A DNA stretch of 32,000 bases from Candidatus Paracaedimonas acanthamoebae (GTDB lineage Bacteria > Pseudomonadota > Alphaproteobacteria > Caedimonadales > Caedimonadaceae): positions 30,001 to 62,000 of the forward strand of contig CP008938.1 in NCBI GenBank assembly GCA_000743035.1, in the 5' to 3' direction. How positions within the stretch are numbered: the stretch's first letter is position 1; each line of letters opens with the position of its first letter. The translations under genes and the position numbers were made by a program. Shown one piece after another: positions 1 through 8,344 of the stretch. Below the pieces are notes generated by a model, which had not been told where the DNA came from, searched no databases, and saw only the letters and a program-made list of their open reading frames with translations.

Positions 1-108
1 GCATGGGGTGCTGCTAGTGAATGGGCAGGACCTAAACTCAAGAATCATCTGTCATCCCGCGGTTCATCTTGGGAGAACCCTGCTCTTAACAATATTATTG
101 GCCCTGAA
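1..108 (+). CDS. 3' end of a gene entering from the left edge (gene order suggests a VirB6-like T4SS component; identity not verifiable)
   Basis: Frame 1 is open from base 1 to TAA at 106-108 (AWGAASEWAGPKLKNHLSSRGSSWENPALNNIIGPE*). An AAGGA Shine-Dalgarno and the virB7-like ORF follow. Identity is inferred from position only. Confidence 0.35.
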
Positions 109-122
109 TAAAGGAAAAAACC

Positions 123-287
123 ATGAAACTTTATTTATATCTTCCTCTTCTCATGCTGACGCTGCTGGCAAGTGGGTGTTCTCAAACAAGTGATCCTTAT
201 ACGGGCAGTGGCACCGATAAACTTCCTCAAAGCGAATGCTCTCCTTGCAAAAAGCAAATTATCTATCGGAATGGACAATGGCTTTAG
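123..287 (+). CDS. VirB7-like small lipoprotein (54 aa), absent from the supplied ORF track
   Basis: Hand translation: MKLYLYLPLLMLTLLASGCSQTSDPYTGSGTDKLPQSECSPCKKQIIYRNGQWL*. It has a signal peptide with lipobox LASG|C and an AAGGA SD about 8 nt upstream. It sits immediately 5' of virB8 and its stop overlaps the virB8 ATG (ATGGCTTTAG). Confidence 0.6.
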   Translation: MKLYLYLPLLMLTLLASGCSQTSDPYTGSGTDKLPQSECSPCKKQIIYRNGQWL

Positions 288-946
288 AACCTTCTCTTCA
301 AAGTTTTGAGTCTTATAAAGCAGCTCAAACAACGGCTCGTCTTTCAACGATTTGTGCTGTTGTTTTGGGATTAACCGTCATTGCCCTGATCTGCTTAATC
401 ATCGTCTTATTCCCCTTAAAAGAGGTGCAGCCCATGCTTGTGACTCTTAAGGATAAAGGAGAACAAGTGGTTCGCATTGAGCCTCTTGAGCGTAATGAAA
501 AAGCGCAAATCTTGTTAATGGAGACGCTCTCTCGTCAGTATGTCTCTTTAAGAGAGACCATTGATCTTCAAACAGAGGATGTGAGGTGGAAGCAGTTAAG
601 TCTGATGACAGCATCTCAACTCAATGAAGAATTCATGTCCCTTATGAAACCAGAAAATCCTGACTCTCCTTTTAAGAAGAGACAAGAAAGCCATGTTACA
701 CGAGAGGTACAAATCCTCTCAAGTACGTCTTTGGCTCCAAGTGCTCCCAATATCTTTCAAGTGGAGTGGATATCAAGGGATCGTCACAAGGGCCAAGTCA
801 TTGGACAAGGGCATTGGATCTCAACACTGACCGTCTCTTTAGAGCCTCACGAAGTTTCAATTGAAGATCAATATATCAACCCCATTGGCTTTACCGTCAC
901 TCATTACACGCTTGCTCAGAAAGGAAGTCTTGATGCTCAAAAATAA
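278..946 (+). CDS. virB8: T4SS protein VirB8 (bitopic inner-membrane component)
   Basis: The short N-tail is followed by one TM helix (LSTICAVVLGLTVIALICLIIVLF) and a periplasmic domain ending in the VirB8-type NPxGFxVxxY motif (YINPIGFTVTHYTL). The position between the B7-like gene and B9 fits. I prefer the start at 278 (coupled to the virB7-like stop) over the track start at 236, but the alternative remains possible. Confidence 0.85.
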   Translation: MALEPSLQSFESYKAAQTTARLSTICAVVLGLTVIALICLIIVLFPLKEVQPMLVTLKDKGEQVVRIEPLERNEKAQILLMETLSRQYVSLRETIDLQTEDVRWKQLSLMTASQLNEEFMSLMKPENPDSPFKKRQESHVTREVQILSSTSLAPSAPNIFQVEWISRDRHKGQVIGQGHWISTLTVSLEPHEVSIEDQYINPIGFTVTHYTLAQKGSLDAQK

Positions 947-1889
947 CTTAAAATCTATATCTCTTTTTACGCTAGCTCCACTGCTTATTGCCTCTCCTTT
1001 AGGAAGAGCAAGTTCCCAAGCTATGCATCAGTCGCCAGTAATAGCCCCAACACCTGCCCCGCAAGATTTAATGACGTCTAGCTCACCCCATTCCCTCACT
1101 GAGCATCCAGATGTAGAACACCAAGTGAAAGGCAATTACCCAGATTTAGAGCGTAAAGAATCTCTTCCTTTAGGGGCCATTCAGCATGCTTGGGATCATG
1201 CGAAAGAAGGAGCGGGTGTTTATAATGTCACATATACAGGTGGCGAAATTATCAAGATTCGATGCCGTGAGATGATGACAACATGTATCATTCTCCCTTC
1301 TTGGGAGAGGGTTGAGAAGATTACAGTGGGCGATTCCTCTTCATTTAAAGTTGAAAATCCACGCTCAAACATCATCACGATTCAACCTCAAGATTTTACA
1401 GGCCTTGACAGCAACCTTGTTGTAATTGGGGTAAGCGGCAAAGTCTATAGCTTTTACTTAAGGTCAGAAGGGTATAATACCAATCATGTCCCGGATCTGG
1501 CTGTTTATATCAGGCTTTCTAAACCTTCAACTTTAGCTTCTTCTCTCTCCAAAACAAAAGGGAAGGGCGATACCTCAAAAGATGATTATCTTGAAGAAGT
1601 GCCTTTTGACCCTTCCCAGCTTAACTTTAACTTCACCATGGCAGGAGATAAAGAGATTGCTCCTCAACGGGTTTATAGTGATGGTATTAGGACATGGTTT
1701 GATTATGGAGAAGAGATTAAAAAGAAAGGCCTTCCTGCCATTTATGCAGTGATTGATGGGGTGGATACCCCCATCAATGTAAGCCGTGAAGGCACCAAAA
1801 TTGTCGCTCAGCATTCAGGCTCCTTTACCCTTCGCAATGGCCACAAAGTGGTGTGTGTATTCCCAACTTCTCAAGAGGCAGCGGAATGA
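933..1889 (+). CDS. virB9: T4SS outer-membrane core protein VirB9
   Basis: The start at 933 has a GGAAG SD 5 nt upstream and yields a signal peptide (MLKNNLKSISLFTLAPLLIASPLGRASS). CagX/VirB9-like beta-rich domains are present (ITIQPQDFTGLDSNLVVIGVSGKVYSFYL; RVYSDGIRTWFDY). The gene overlaps virB8 by 14 nt and virB10 by ATGA. Confidence 0.85.
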   Translation: MLKNNLKSISLFTLAPLLIASPLGRASSQAMHQSPVIAPTPAPQDLMTSSSPHSLTEHPDVEHQVKGNYPDLERKESLPLGAIQHAWDHAKEGAGVYNVTYTGGEIIKIRCREMMTTCIILPSWERVEKITVGDSSSFKVENPRSNIITIQPQDFTGLDSNLVVIGVSGKVYSFYLRSEGYNTNHVPDLAVYIRLSKPSTLASSLSKTKGKGDTSKDDYLEEVPFDPSQLNFNFTMAGDKEIAPQRVYSDGIRTWFDYGEEIKKKGLPAIYAVIDGVDTPINVSREGTKIVAQHSGSFTLRNGHKVVCVFPTSQEAAE

Positions 1890-2923
1890 AGACTCTTTAT
1901 CTTCCTTTACTCACAACAGCCCTCTTAGCCGGTTGCCAAGAGGAAGAGCTGAAGAAAGCTGCTCCTCAGCCTCGGCAACAGATCGCCCAAGACTTTCATG
2001 CTTTTAAGAAACCAGAAGAGCCTAAGCCTATTATTGTAGAGCCGGAACCAGAGCCTGAACCTATCCCTGTGCAGTTTCCAGATCCTAAGCCTTTAATGCG
2101 AGAAGATAGCGCTCGTAAGCTACGAGGCTTAAGGCAATATCAAACAAATAAAACTCTAAAAACACTTCCTCTTACAAAAGAAGCAGAACAAAAGCCACGT
2201 CTTCAAGACCCTGATTATCAGCAGTGGAGCGATGCGAGTTTTGAAGAATCGCGATCCACGCTTCCTGTTGACCGCTCAAGAATCTTAACTGCTGATATGC
2301 GCATCCCTGCCATCTTAGAAGACTCAGTTAACTCTCAAGTAGGCGGACGAATGATTGCTATTGTGGAACGAGACATCTTAAGCCCTAATGGTAAGTATAT
2401 TCTTATTCCTGCTTATAGCCGGATTATTTGTAGTTATGAATCTCTAAGTGAAGTTGGTCAAACGCGTCTTCCTGTGCAATGTAAACGTCTTATACGTCCT
2501 GATGGGGTTAGTATTGCTCTTAAAGAATCAATTGCAGCAGACCAGAGTGGAAGAACAGGACTTATAGGAGAGTTGGATCAACGAGTATGGGAGCGCTATG
2601 GGGCTGCTTTTCTCATCTCAGCGACAGCCTCATTGGCTCAAGCAGGTTCTTACGCGAATCAAGCAAGATCCAAAAGCACTCTTTCTCAACTTTTAACGGG
2701 TGCAAGTGATGAGTTCTCTCATAATTTAAGTGAAGCGACTTCTAAAGTCATTGAGCAAAATATTAACTTAGCGCCTATCTTAACCATTCCTCCTGGAAGC
2801 CACATCCAAATCATCCCGTCCTCAGACATTGTCTTAAGGCATACAAAAGAAACCTTAATTTATGAGAACTCAAAAACAGTTCATAAAGAAAACCCTAAAC
2901 CTAGAGAGACAAAGACCTCATGA
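1886..2923 (+). CDS. virB10: T4SS core protein VirB10/TrbI family, with a lipobox-like N-terminus
   Basis: The N-terminus has a Pro-rich linker (PEEPKPIIVEPEPEPEPIPVQFPDPKP). The C-terminus is a TrbI/VirB10 barrel domain (IPAILEDSVNSQVGGRMIAIVERDILSPNGKYILIPAYSRIICSY...QTRLPVQCKRLIRPDGVSI...DQSGRTGLIGELD). The start at 1886 forms an ATGA overlap with the virB9 stop and has an AGAGG SD. Confidence 0.9.
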   Translation: MKTLYLPLLTTALLAGCQEEELKKAAPQPRQQIAQDFHAFKKPEEPKPIIVEPEPEPEPIPVQFPDPKPLMREDSARKLRGLRQYQTNKTLKTLPLTKEAEQKPRLQDPDYQQWSDASFEESRSTLPVDRSRILTADMRIPAILEDSVNSQVGGRMIAIVERDILSPNGKYILIPAYSRIICSYESLSEVGQTRLPVQCKRLIRPDGVSIALKESIAADQSGRTGLIGELDQRVWERYGAAFLISATASLAQAGSYANQARSKSTLSQLLTGASDEFSHNLSEATSKVIEQNINLAPILTIPPGSHIQIIPSSDIVLRHTKETLIYENSKTVHKENPKPRETKTS

Positions 2924-5256
2924 AGCCTATTTGTTTATCACTTATCCTGTATTTATTATGTTCCTTATCAGGGCATCCAAATCCTCCAGAAAATGCTGAA
3001 GCTGTTTTATTGGAAGAGGTGGCTCTTCAAGAAGACCAACAACAGCTGAAAGCTCAATTGAATGAAAAAAATAAAAAGGAAGTCACTCTTATTGGCCAAG
3101 TCCGTGCGATTTCTATCCCGACTCAAAAGGACTCTAAAGTTGTTCAAGTGGTGTGGACAGCCCTTCAAGGTAAAGATAAAAAAAGGGCTTTGTTTAAAGA
3201 GCCTCTGATCTCAACATTTAAGAGTAGTAAAGGATCACTTTCTAAAGGATTGAAGATCTCTCTTTATGGCAATAAGGCTCATTTATTGGATGCTCTTACT
3301 CGCCTTGAAAAAGGAGAAGATGATCAGATAGGTGAAGTTAAAGCTGATAACCCTTCCTCCAATGAACGGCGTTTAGAAGACGTTGAGGGTAAGGTAAAAA
3401 AGCGGGCTTCTTTAAAAAACCTCGCTGACTTAGGTACGCCTATTAAAGAAAACAGCTCTCATGATCATACTTCAATGTCGACCTCAACAGAAAGTTATAG
3501 AGGGAGTTCTGCTTCCTCTTATGGAGAAAGAAAGAATGCAGACGCACTGATTCGTAAAGACTCAACTAATCAAAATAATTTATCTATGAGAAGACCATCT
3601 AGCTCTTTAAGAGGGGGTAATAGCCGTGGTTCGCTTTCTTCTTCAGCTGTATCTTCAACCGCACCAAAATCTGGTCTTCAAAAAGATAAAAATAATGTTT
3701 TTTTAGATAATAAAAATCTTACAACTTCCCCCCTTAATTCTCCAGCAACCTCTTCAACTTCTTCTCCAACCCCTCTTAAAGATTTTGAGGGGAGCCTTGA
3801 TAGGAGCTTTGATCCTTTAAAGATTAACCAAGGAGAAACTTCAGGAGTTGAAGAATTTGAGATGCCACTTATTGAAGTTGAAGTCACAAGAGAAGGGTGT
3901 ACTCCACGCATTGATCTGGAAAGAGGTAAGGTTATTATTCAAACTCGCTCCATTGCTAAAACAAATGGAACAATTACGCATGAAACACAGTGTGCTGATT
4001 CACATCTTATTTTTGATATTAAAAAGGACTATGGGTGCTGTGCGGACAAAGTTGATGAAGGCTCCAGAGTTGCTTACACAACTTTCAGAAGGTACTACCT
4101 TGATGATGGATACAATAAAGTTTATGTAGATACTGAATGCCTTAATGACGAATCTCAACCGCATCCTTTTATTGAAGAGAAGGGCATATGTTCTCATGAC
4201 ATAAATCTTCAATCACGTTTTGCCTATCCTCAAGCTGAGACAGTTTATTATGATCGCTCTAATGCAAGAAAAGTTGTTAAGGGATGCCACAGATCTGAGG
4301 CTCAACCCTTACCTATTATCTCAACAGCAGAAGGCTGCTCTTTAAAGCATGTTTATGAGCAAAACAAATCTCTCATTCAAAAGAAAGAAGTTTTTATTGA
4401 TCAGGGGGTAATCCACGAGATTGTACCTTGTCATGAAACAAACGAATCAATTCCACACCAGTTTGTTAAAGCAGGATGTAAACCTTCTCTTCTTGGGAGC
4501 CGTGTCACTCGAATGGTTAAAAGGCAAATCGTGCATGAAGGTCGTAAAAAACTCATCACAAACCAGTGTGAGCCTGAAAGCATGACAGAGCTTTTATCCA
4601 CTAGAGAAGGGTGTGAGGGGCACTATACCCATGACTTGGATGCCCATCGTTCCTACCCTCATGTAAAGTTTTATTATTTAAAAGGCATGACGAGAAAGTA
4701 TCTAGAAGGGGGCTGTCAGCGCTCCTATGAGGCCTTAGCCCATCACATAAAGATCATTGGCCATACCCACTTTGATCATCTCTTGAAATCACAGCAACGC
4801 TATCAAATATCCTTTAAGGACAAAAATAAAGACTACGTTCTTCAAGAACGGACCGAAGAAAACCAGGGTTCGTGGATTCCTTATGTCCTTAAAGGAACCG
4901 TTGAGAAGCCTTCAGGGACAACCTCACCCTCTCTTCAGGGACATATTTTTATGGCCCCGCGAGATAAAGTTGAGATTTGGGTTCGTCCTGATGGAAGTTT
5001 GTTTGAGAAGGTCATTGGTCAGGCAGGGGCCTTAGAGCACGCTCTTCCAGAGCTCTCCCCATCCCCAAAACCTACCAAGACCGTGGTGCAAATCACTCAA
5101 GAGTATGGGCAGGGAGCCCCTCATACAGTTACCCGCGGTGGGAAAAAGATCGTTCAAATGATGCGCTCAGTAAGGGATGTCACCCATTACTCTGATGGGA
5201 GTAAATCTTATAGCTCTTGGAGAAGTCATACTCCTAAGATTTTGGACAAGTCATAA
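2920..5256 (+). CDS. 778-aa secreted protein with no recognised family: signal peptide, Ser/Thr-rich low-complexity half, then a Cys-repeat C-terminal half. It is embedded in the T4SS operon.
   Basis: The long ORF forms an ATGA overlap with the virB10 stop and ends 1 nt before the virB11 ATG. The N-terminus is a signal peptide (MKPICLSLILYLLCSLSGHP). There are 13 Cys between about aa 325 and 600, mostly in recurring [E/K/A/G]GC contexts. Confidence 0.7.
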   Translation: MKPICLSLILYLLCSLSGHPNPPENAEAVLLEEVALQEDQQQLKAQLNEKNKKEVTLIGQVRAISIPTQKDSKVVQVVWTALQGKDKKRALFKEPLISTFKSSKGSLSKGLKISLYGNKAHLLDALTRLEKGEDDQIGEVKADNPSSNERRLEDVEGKVKKRASLKNLADLGTPIKENSSHDHTSMSTSTESYRGSSASSYGERKNADALIRKDSTNQNNLSMRRPSSSLRGGNSRGSLSSSAVSSTAPKSGLQKDKNNVFLDNKNLTTSPLNSPATSSTSSPTPLKDFEGSLDRSFDPLKINQGETSGVEEFEMPLIEVEVTREGCTPRIDLERGKVIIQTRSIAKTNGTITHETQCADSHLIFDIKKDYGCCADKVDEGSRVAYTTFRRYYLDDGYNKVYVDTECLNDESQPHPFIEEKGICSHDINLQSRFAYPQAETVYYDRSNARKVVKGCHRSEAQPLPIISTAEGCSLKHVYEQNKSLIQKKEVFIDQGVIHEIVPCHETNESIPHQFVKAGCKPSLLGSRVTRMVKRQIVHEGRKKLITNQCEPESMTELLSTREGCEGHYTHDLDAHRSYPHVKFYYLKGMTRKYLEGGCQRSYEALAHHIKIIGHTHFDHLLKSQQRYQISFKDKNKDYVLQERTEENQGSWIPYVLKGTVEKPSGTTSPSLQGHIFMAPRDKVEIWVRPDGSLFEKVIGQAGALEHALPELSPSPKPTKTVVQITQEYGQGAPHTVTRGGKKIVQMMRSVRDVTHYSDGSKSYSSWRSHTPKILDKS

Positions 5257-5257
5257 T

Positions 5258-6178
5258 ATGGCTCTCTTAAGACCTACTATAGATGCTTGGCTAGCTCCTC
5301 TGATCTCTTATTTAAAGGATGAGGACCTCATGGAGTGCTCTATTATAAAACCAGGAGAATTAAGATTAGAGAAAGCAGGACAAGGTTTTCTTACCATCTC
5401 AACACCTGAACTTGATCTACAATACTGGGAAACCTTATGCCATGTCTTAGCTAATCACTGGGGCTTAAGTTTTGATCCTATCACTCAGCCTAGGTTATCA
5501 GTCATGCTTCCAGGGGGGCATCGGTTTGAAGCGATGATGGGAGCCAATGTTGAGTCTAAGCTTTCGGCCTCTATTCGCATGCGGCGTTACTTAAAGCTCT
5601 CCTTTGAGGATTATGGCCTTAATCTTGAGCATGAGAATATGATCACCTCTCTTATTGAAGAGGGTGCTAATATCCTGATCTCAGGCGGCACTAGCTCAGG
5701 TAAGACCACATTTATGAATCGGCTTTTACAAGCTATTCCTCATAAGAGACGAATCCTTGTTTTAGAGGACACGAGAGAACTCAATATCCCCCATGAGAAC
5801 CATGTCCATTATGTGGTGAGCCGTAATGAAAAGAACCCCACTTTAGATTACCCACAAATGATTGATCATCTCATGCGATCTCGTCCTGATATCATCTTAA
5901 TGGGCGAGCTTTCAATGGCGAACGCTTACCCCATCCTTCGCCTCTTAAACTCGGGGCATGCAGGCTTTATGTGTACCCTTCATGCCAATAGCTGTGATGC
6001 AGCGCTTTCTTGGGCGATTCCGCAAAACATTGCGTTTTCTGGTCATGAACCCAAAGGGGTGAAAGAGTTTTTATATGAGGCTGTTGATCTTGTTATTCAG
6101 CTTCATCGTAATGACCAAGGTAAGCGGTATGTCGGTGAGTTGCTATTCCCGAAAACCCAAAAACTTATAAAGGTTTAA
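5258..6178 (+). CDS. virB11: T4SS traffic ATPase VirB11
   Basis: Motifs present: Walker A (GGTSSGKTT), Asp box/Walker B (ILVLEDTREL, IILMGEL) and His box (GHAGFMCTLHANS). I chose the start at 5258, just after the preceding stop, rather than the track start at 5177. Confidence 0.92.
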   Translation: MALLRPTIDAWLAPLISYLKDEDLMECSIIKPGELRLEKAGQGFLTISTPELDLQYWETLCHVLANHWGLSFDPITQPRLSVMLPGGHRFEAMMGANVESKLSASIRMRRYLKLSFEDYGLNLEHENMITSLIEEGANILISGGTSSGKTTFMNRLLQAIPHKRRILVLEDTRELNIPHENHVHYVVSRNEKNPTLDYPQMIDHLMRSRPDIILMGELSMANAYPILRLLNSGHAGFMCTLHANSCDAALSWAIPQNIAFSGHEPKGVKEFLYEAVDLVIQLHRNDQGKRYVGELLFPKTQKLIKV

Positions 6179-6180
6179 AT

Positions 6181-6675
6181 ATGAAACTATCTGCTCTTCT
6201 AAGTGTGCTTATTTACATAATGTCAACGGCTCCAGGTCAAAGCAATCAGTGTTTAAAAGCCATTGATCTTACGGCTGACCGAATGAATGTTCCAAAGAAG
6301 CTTCTCCTGCAAATTGCTAAAGTTGAAAGTGGCTTTGGCCCTCATAGAGCCCCGTGGCCATGGTCAATTCACATTCAAGGAAAGAGTTATTATTTTAAAA
6401 ACCAATCTGCCGCTGCTTTTTATATCAAACAACTTCTTGCACTAGGCATTAAGAACTTTGATGTGGGCTGCCACCAGATAAATTACTTTTGGCATCAAGA
6501 TAAGGTGAGAACGCCGCAAGAGCTTTTAAACCCTCTCAAGAATACTCTTATTGCAGCCCAGTTTCTTGTCTCCCTTAAAGCTCAGCATCACAGCTGGTTT
6601 AAGGCTGTTGCTCATTATCACTCTTCAGACATAAAGAAAGGATCAGCTTATGCAAAATTGGTTTACTCTTATTAA
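6181..6675 (+). CDS. Lytic transglycosylase (SLT domain, VirB1-like)
   Basis: A signal peptide is followed by a catalytic-Glu motif (LLLQIAKVESGF) and a downstream DVGCHQIN, which fits the goose-type SLT pattern. The gene is adjacent to virB11. Confidence 0.8.
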   Translation: MKLSALLSVLIYIMSTAPGQSNQCLKAIDLTADRMNVPKKLLLQIAKVESGFGPHRAPWPWSIHIQGKSYYFKNQSAAAFYIKQLLALGIKNFDVGCHQINYFWHQDKVRTPQELLNPLKNTLIAAQFLVSLKAQHHSWFKAVAHYHSSDIKKGSAYAKLVYSY

Positions 6676-7180
6676 AACGGCCTTACGAGCAGGATGGCCA
6701 CTCTTAGTAAGTTTCGGCGCGTATTTTATATATTTTCAGAATGCCACATGGAGAATACTACCTGGTATCCTCTCTGCCATTCTCGTTGGCGCATGTGTAT
6801 GGCTCTCACCTGTTGTGGCGCTCATGATTTCCTATAAGCGTTATAGGCGAGGAAAAGGCTCTGTCATTGCTGTAATCTTAGCCATTTGTTGTGTCTTAAG
6901 CATAAACTGTGCTTGGGCGGGTATTCTCCTTGCGAACGTGTCTTCCGATGAGTTTCTGGGTACCCTGATGTGTATTATGCGGTATCCTTTGGAATCCGGT
7001 ATGTTTTTGATATTCCACTCCGCCTTTATGGTTGCCTTATTTAACATCTTAATGGCTATTTTTATAACCATTCGTCTTCTCATTAGCATCAAAAGAACTG
7101 GCTCCTCAGCTAAGACAAGCCGTTTTCTTATGACTCCTCACCCAACCCCCAGAAAGGATTAAATTATGCAAAATTGGTTT
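6648..7180. repeat. Perfect 17-bp direct repeat TTATGCAAAATTGGTTT (6648-6664 and 7164-7180) bracketing the 4-TM gene
   Basis: Read directly from the sequence. The period is 516 bp (172 codons). The second copy encodes only MQNWF* (ATG at 7166). Confidence 0.9.
6650..7162 (+). CDS. 170-aa polytopic membrane protein (about 4 TM), function unknown (candidate entry-exclusion or immunity-type protein)
   Basis: Four hydrophobic helices are visible (WPLLVSFGAYFIYF; ILSAILVGACVWLSPVVALMISY; VIAVILAICCVLSINCAWAGILLA; FLIFHSAFMVALFNILMAIFITI). A good AAGGA SD lies 8 nt upstream, inside the preceding gene. No family was recognised. Confidence 0.55.
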   Translation: MQNWFTLIKTALRAGWPLLVSFGAYFIYFQNATWRILPGILSAILVGACVWLSPVVALMISYKRYRRGKGSVIAVILAICCVLSINCAWAGILLANVSSDEFLGTLMCIMRYPLESGMFLIFHSAFMVALFNILMAIFITIRLLISIKRTGSSAKTSRFLMTPHPTPRKD

Positions 7181-7275
7181 TAAATAAAGATTTTTATTTT
7201 GGAAAATTTTCTTGACCTTTAGTAAGACAAATGTTTTTGTATAACAAAAAGTTAAAATAAGGATACACAATTAAA

Positions 7276-8343
7276 ATGATCACAACAATACGTCTTCCAG
7301 AGAACATCAAAAGCAAAATTAATACCTTTTTGCCCAGCATTCCTACTTTTTCAGAAAAGCTACGATCTTTAATTGATTTAGGATGCCAGGAAATTGAAGA
7401 TGCCCGTGATAAAATTGCTCATAATGAAACGCCAAATATCAGAGTGATAGCGCAAAAATATGATTATGGTGAGGTTTTAAGTCCTTTAGAGTTAGGGTAT
7501 CTCTTGGATGGGGTATATTCAGCTTATGAGCGGTATTACAATCAATGCTTACCTCATACACGCTATATTTATGATCTTCTTGATGCCGCGATTATTTTAA
7601 TTACTGATCTTTCTCTTTCTCAACAAAAAGAGCGTGATATTAAACGACATTTAAGCTGGAGCCAGGAAATTCCTGGTGTTGAGAATTCAGAATCATTATT
7701 AAGTACGTTTGAGATCATTTCACAGTATATTAAAGAAGAGATAATAAATAATAACTTAAATAGTTATTATTTAAAAAGTATCTCTTATATTCTTACCTCT
7801 TTGAGAGAAGAAGAAGGGTTAATTATAACCCCTTCAACTTATAAGGCTCTAAGTCCTTATCTCAAAACGCTTATCATTAATGCAAAGTTTGCTTATCGGA
7901 AAAGAAAGAATGAAGCTCCATTTCATTATGTAGATGAAAAAATTTTTTATAAAGAAAACAATATCGACGATGCTGATTACAGGTCTACTTACAACAATAA
8001 ATATGCCTATGTCATACAATTAAGAGATAAACCTTATTGCCATATTGAATTTCTAGAGAGAAAATTTTCAGTAACCTTTAACTTTGATGGCTTAGAAGAT
8101 CTTTTAAAGCATGCTTACTCCATAAATATCGACCACCTAACAGAAAAAGTAGAGGAGTTTAAAGGCATTGAGGTCGATATATTAATGAATAAAAGGGATG
8201 ACTTTTATTGGCTTAAATATGGGGTCATGTCTGTTTATATGAAAAGAGAAGATTTCCCAGACTTTTTAGAAGGGATCAAAGAGGTTGAAAAAAATATCAA
8301 GCCTCAATTAGAAAACATTCGTTATCAAATGGGAAGTTTTTAA
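7276..8343 (+). CDS. 355-aa hypothetical protein with a ribbon-helix-helix-like N-terminus
   Basis: The N-terminus MITTIRLPENIKSKINTFL fits the RHH beta-strand/helix pattern (hxhxLPxxhxxxh). The remainder matches no family I recognise. The gene is very AT-rich and sits 1 nt from the next ORF. Confidence 0.6.
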   Translation: MITTIRLPENIKSKINTFLPSIPTFSEKLRSLIDLGCQEIEDARDKIAHNETPNIRVIAQKYDYGEVLSPLELGYLLDGVYSAYERYYNQCLPHTRYIYDLLDAAIILITDLSLSQQKERDIKRHLSWSQEIPGVENSESLLSTFEIISQYIKEEIINNNLNSYYLKSISYILTSLREEEGLIITPSTYKALSPYLKTLIINAKFAYRKRKNEAPFHYVDEKIFYKENNIDDADYRSTYNNKYAYVIQLRDKPYCHIEFLERKFSVTFNFDGLEDLLKHAYSINIDHLTEKVEEFKGIEVDILMNKRDDFYWLKYGVMSVYMKREDFPDFLEGIKEVEKNIKPQLENIRYQMGSF

Positions 8344-8344
8344 C

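Noticed and set aside
8-347. Track ORFs 8-193 (+) and 135-347 (-), and the upstream extension of virB8 from 236
   Set aside because: They overlap better-supported models: the open frame ending at 108, the lipobox-bearing virB7-like ORF at 123-287, and the coupled virB8 start at 278. They have no SD and no recognisable protein features.
3678-4212. Track ORFs 3678-3911 (-), 3848-4129 (+) and 4000-4212 (-) inside the 778-aa gene. Similar nested ORFs lie in other genes (1575-1814, 1786-2007, 6841-7092, 8679-8867, 9259-9447, 9570-10043, 21339-21548, 21626-21880, 23252-23506, 25200-25627, 27362-27908, 29840-30046).
   Set aside because: They are embedded in longer, motif-supported ORFs. They have no independent start signals or recognisable domains.
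7211-7250. Sigma70-like promoter TTGACC ... TATAAC upstream of the 355-aa gene
   Set aside because: By my count the spacer between the hexamers is about 22 nt, too long for a canonical promoter. I could not support an alternative -10.
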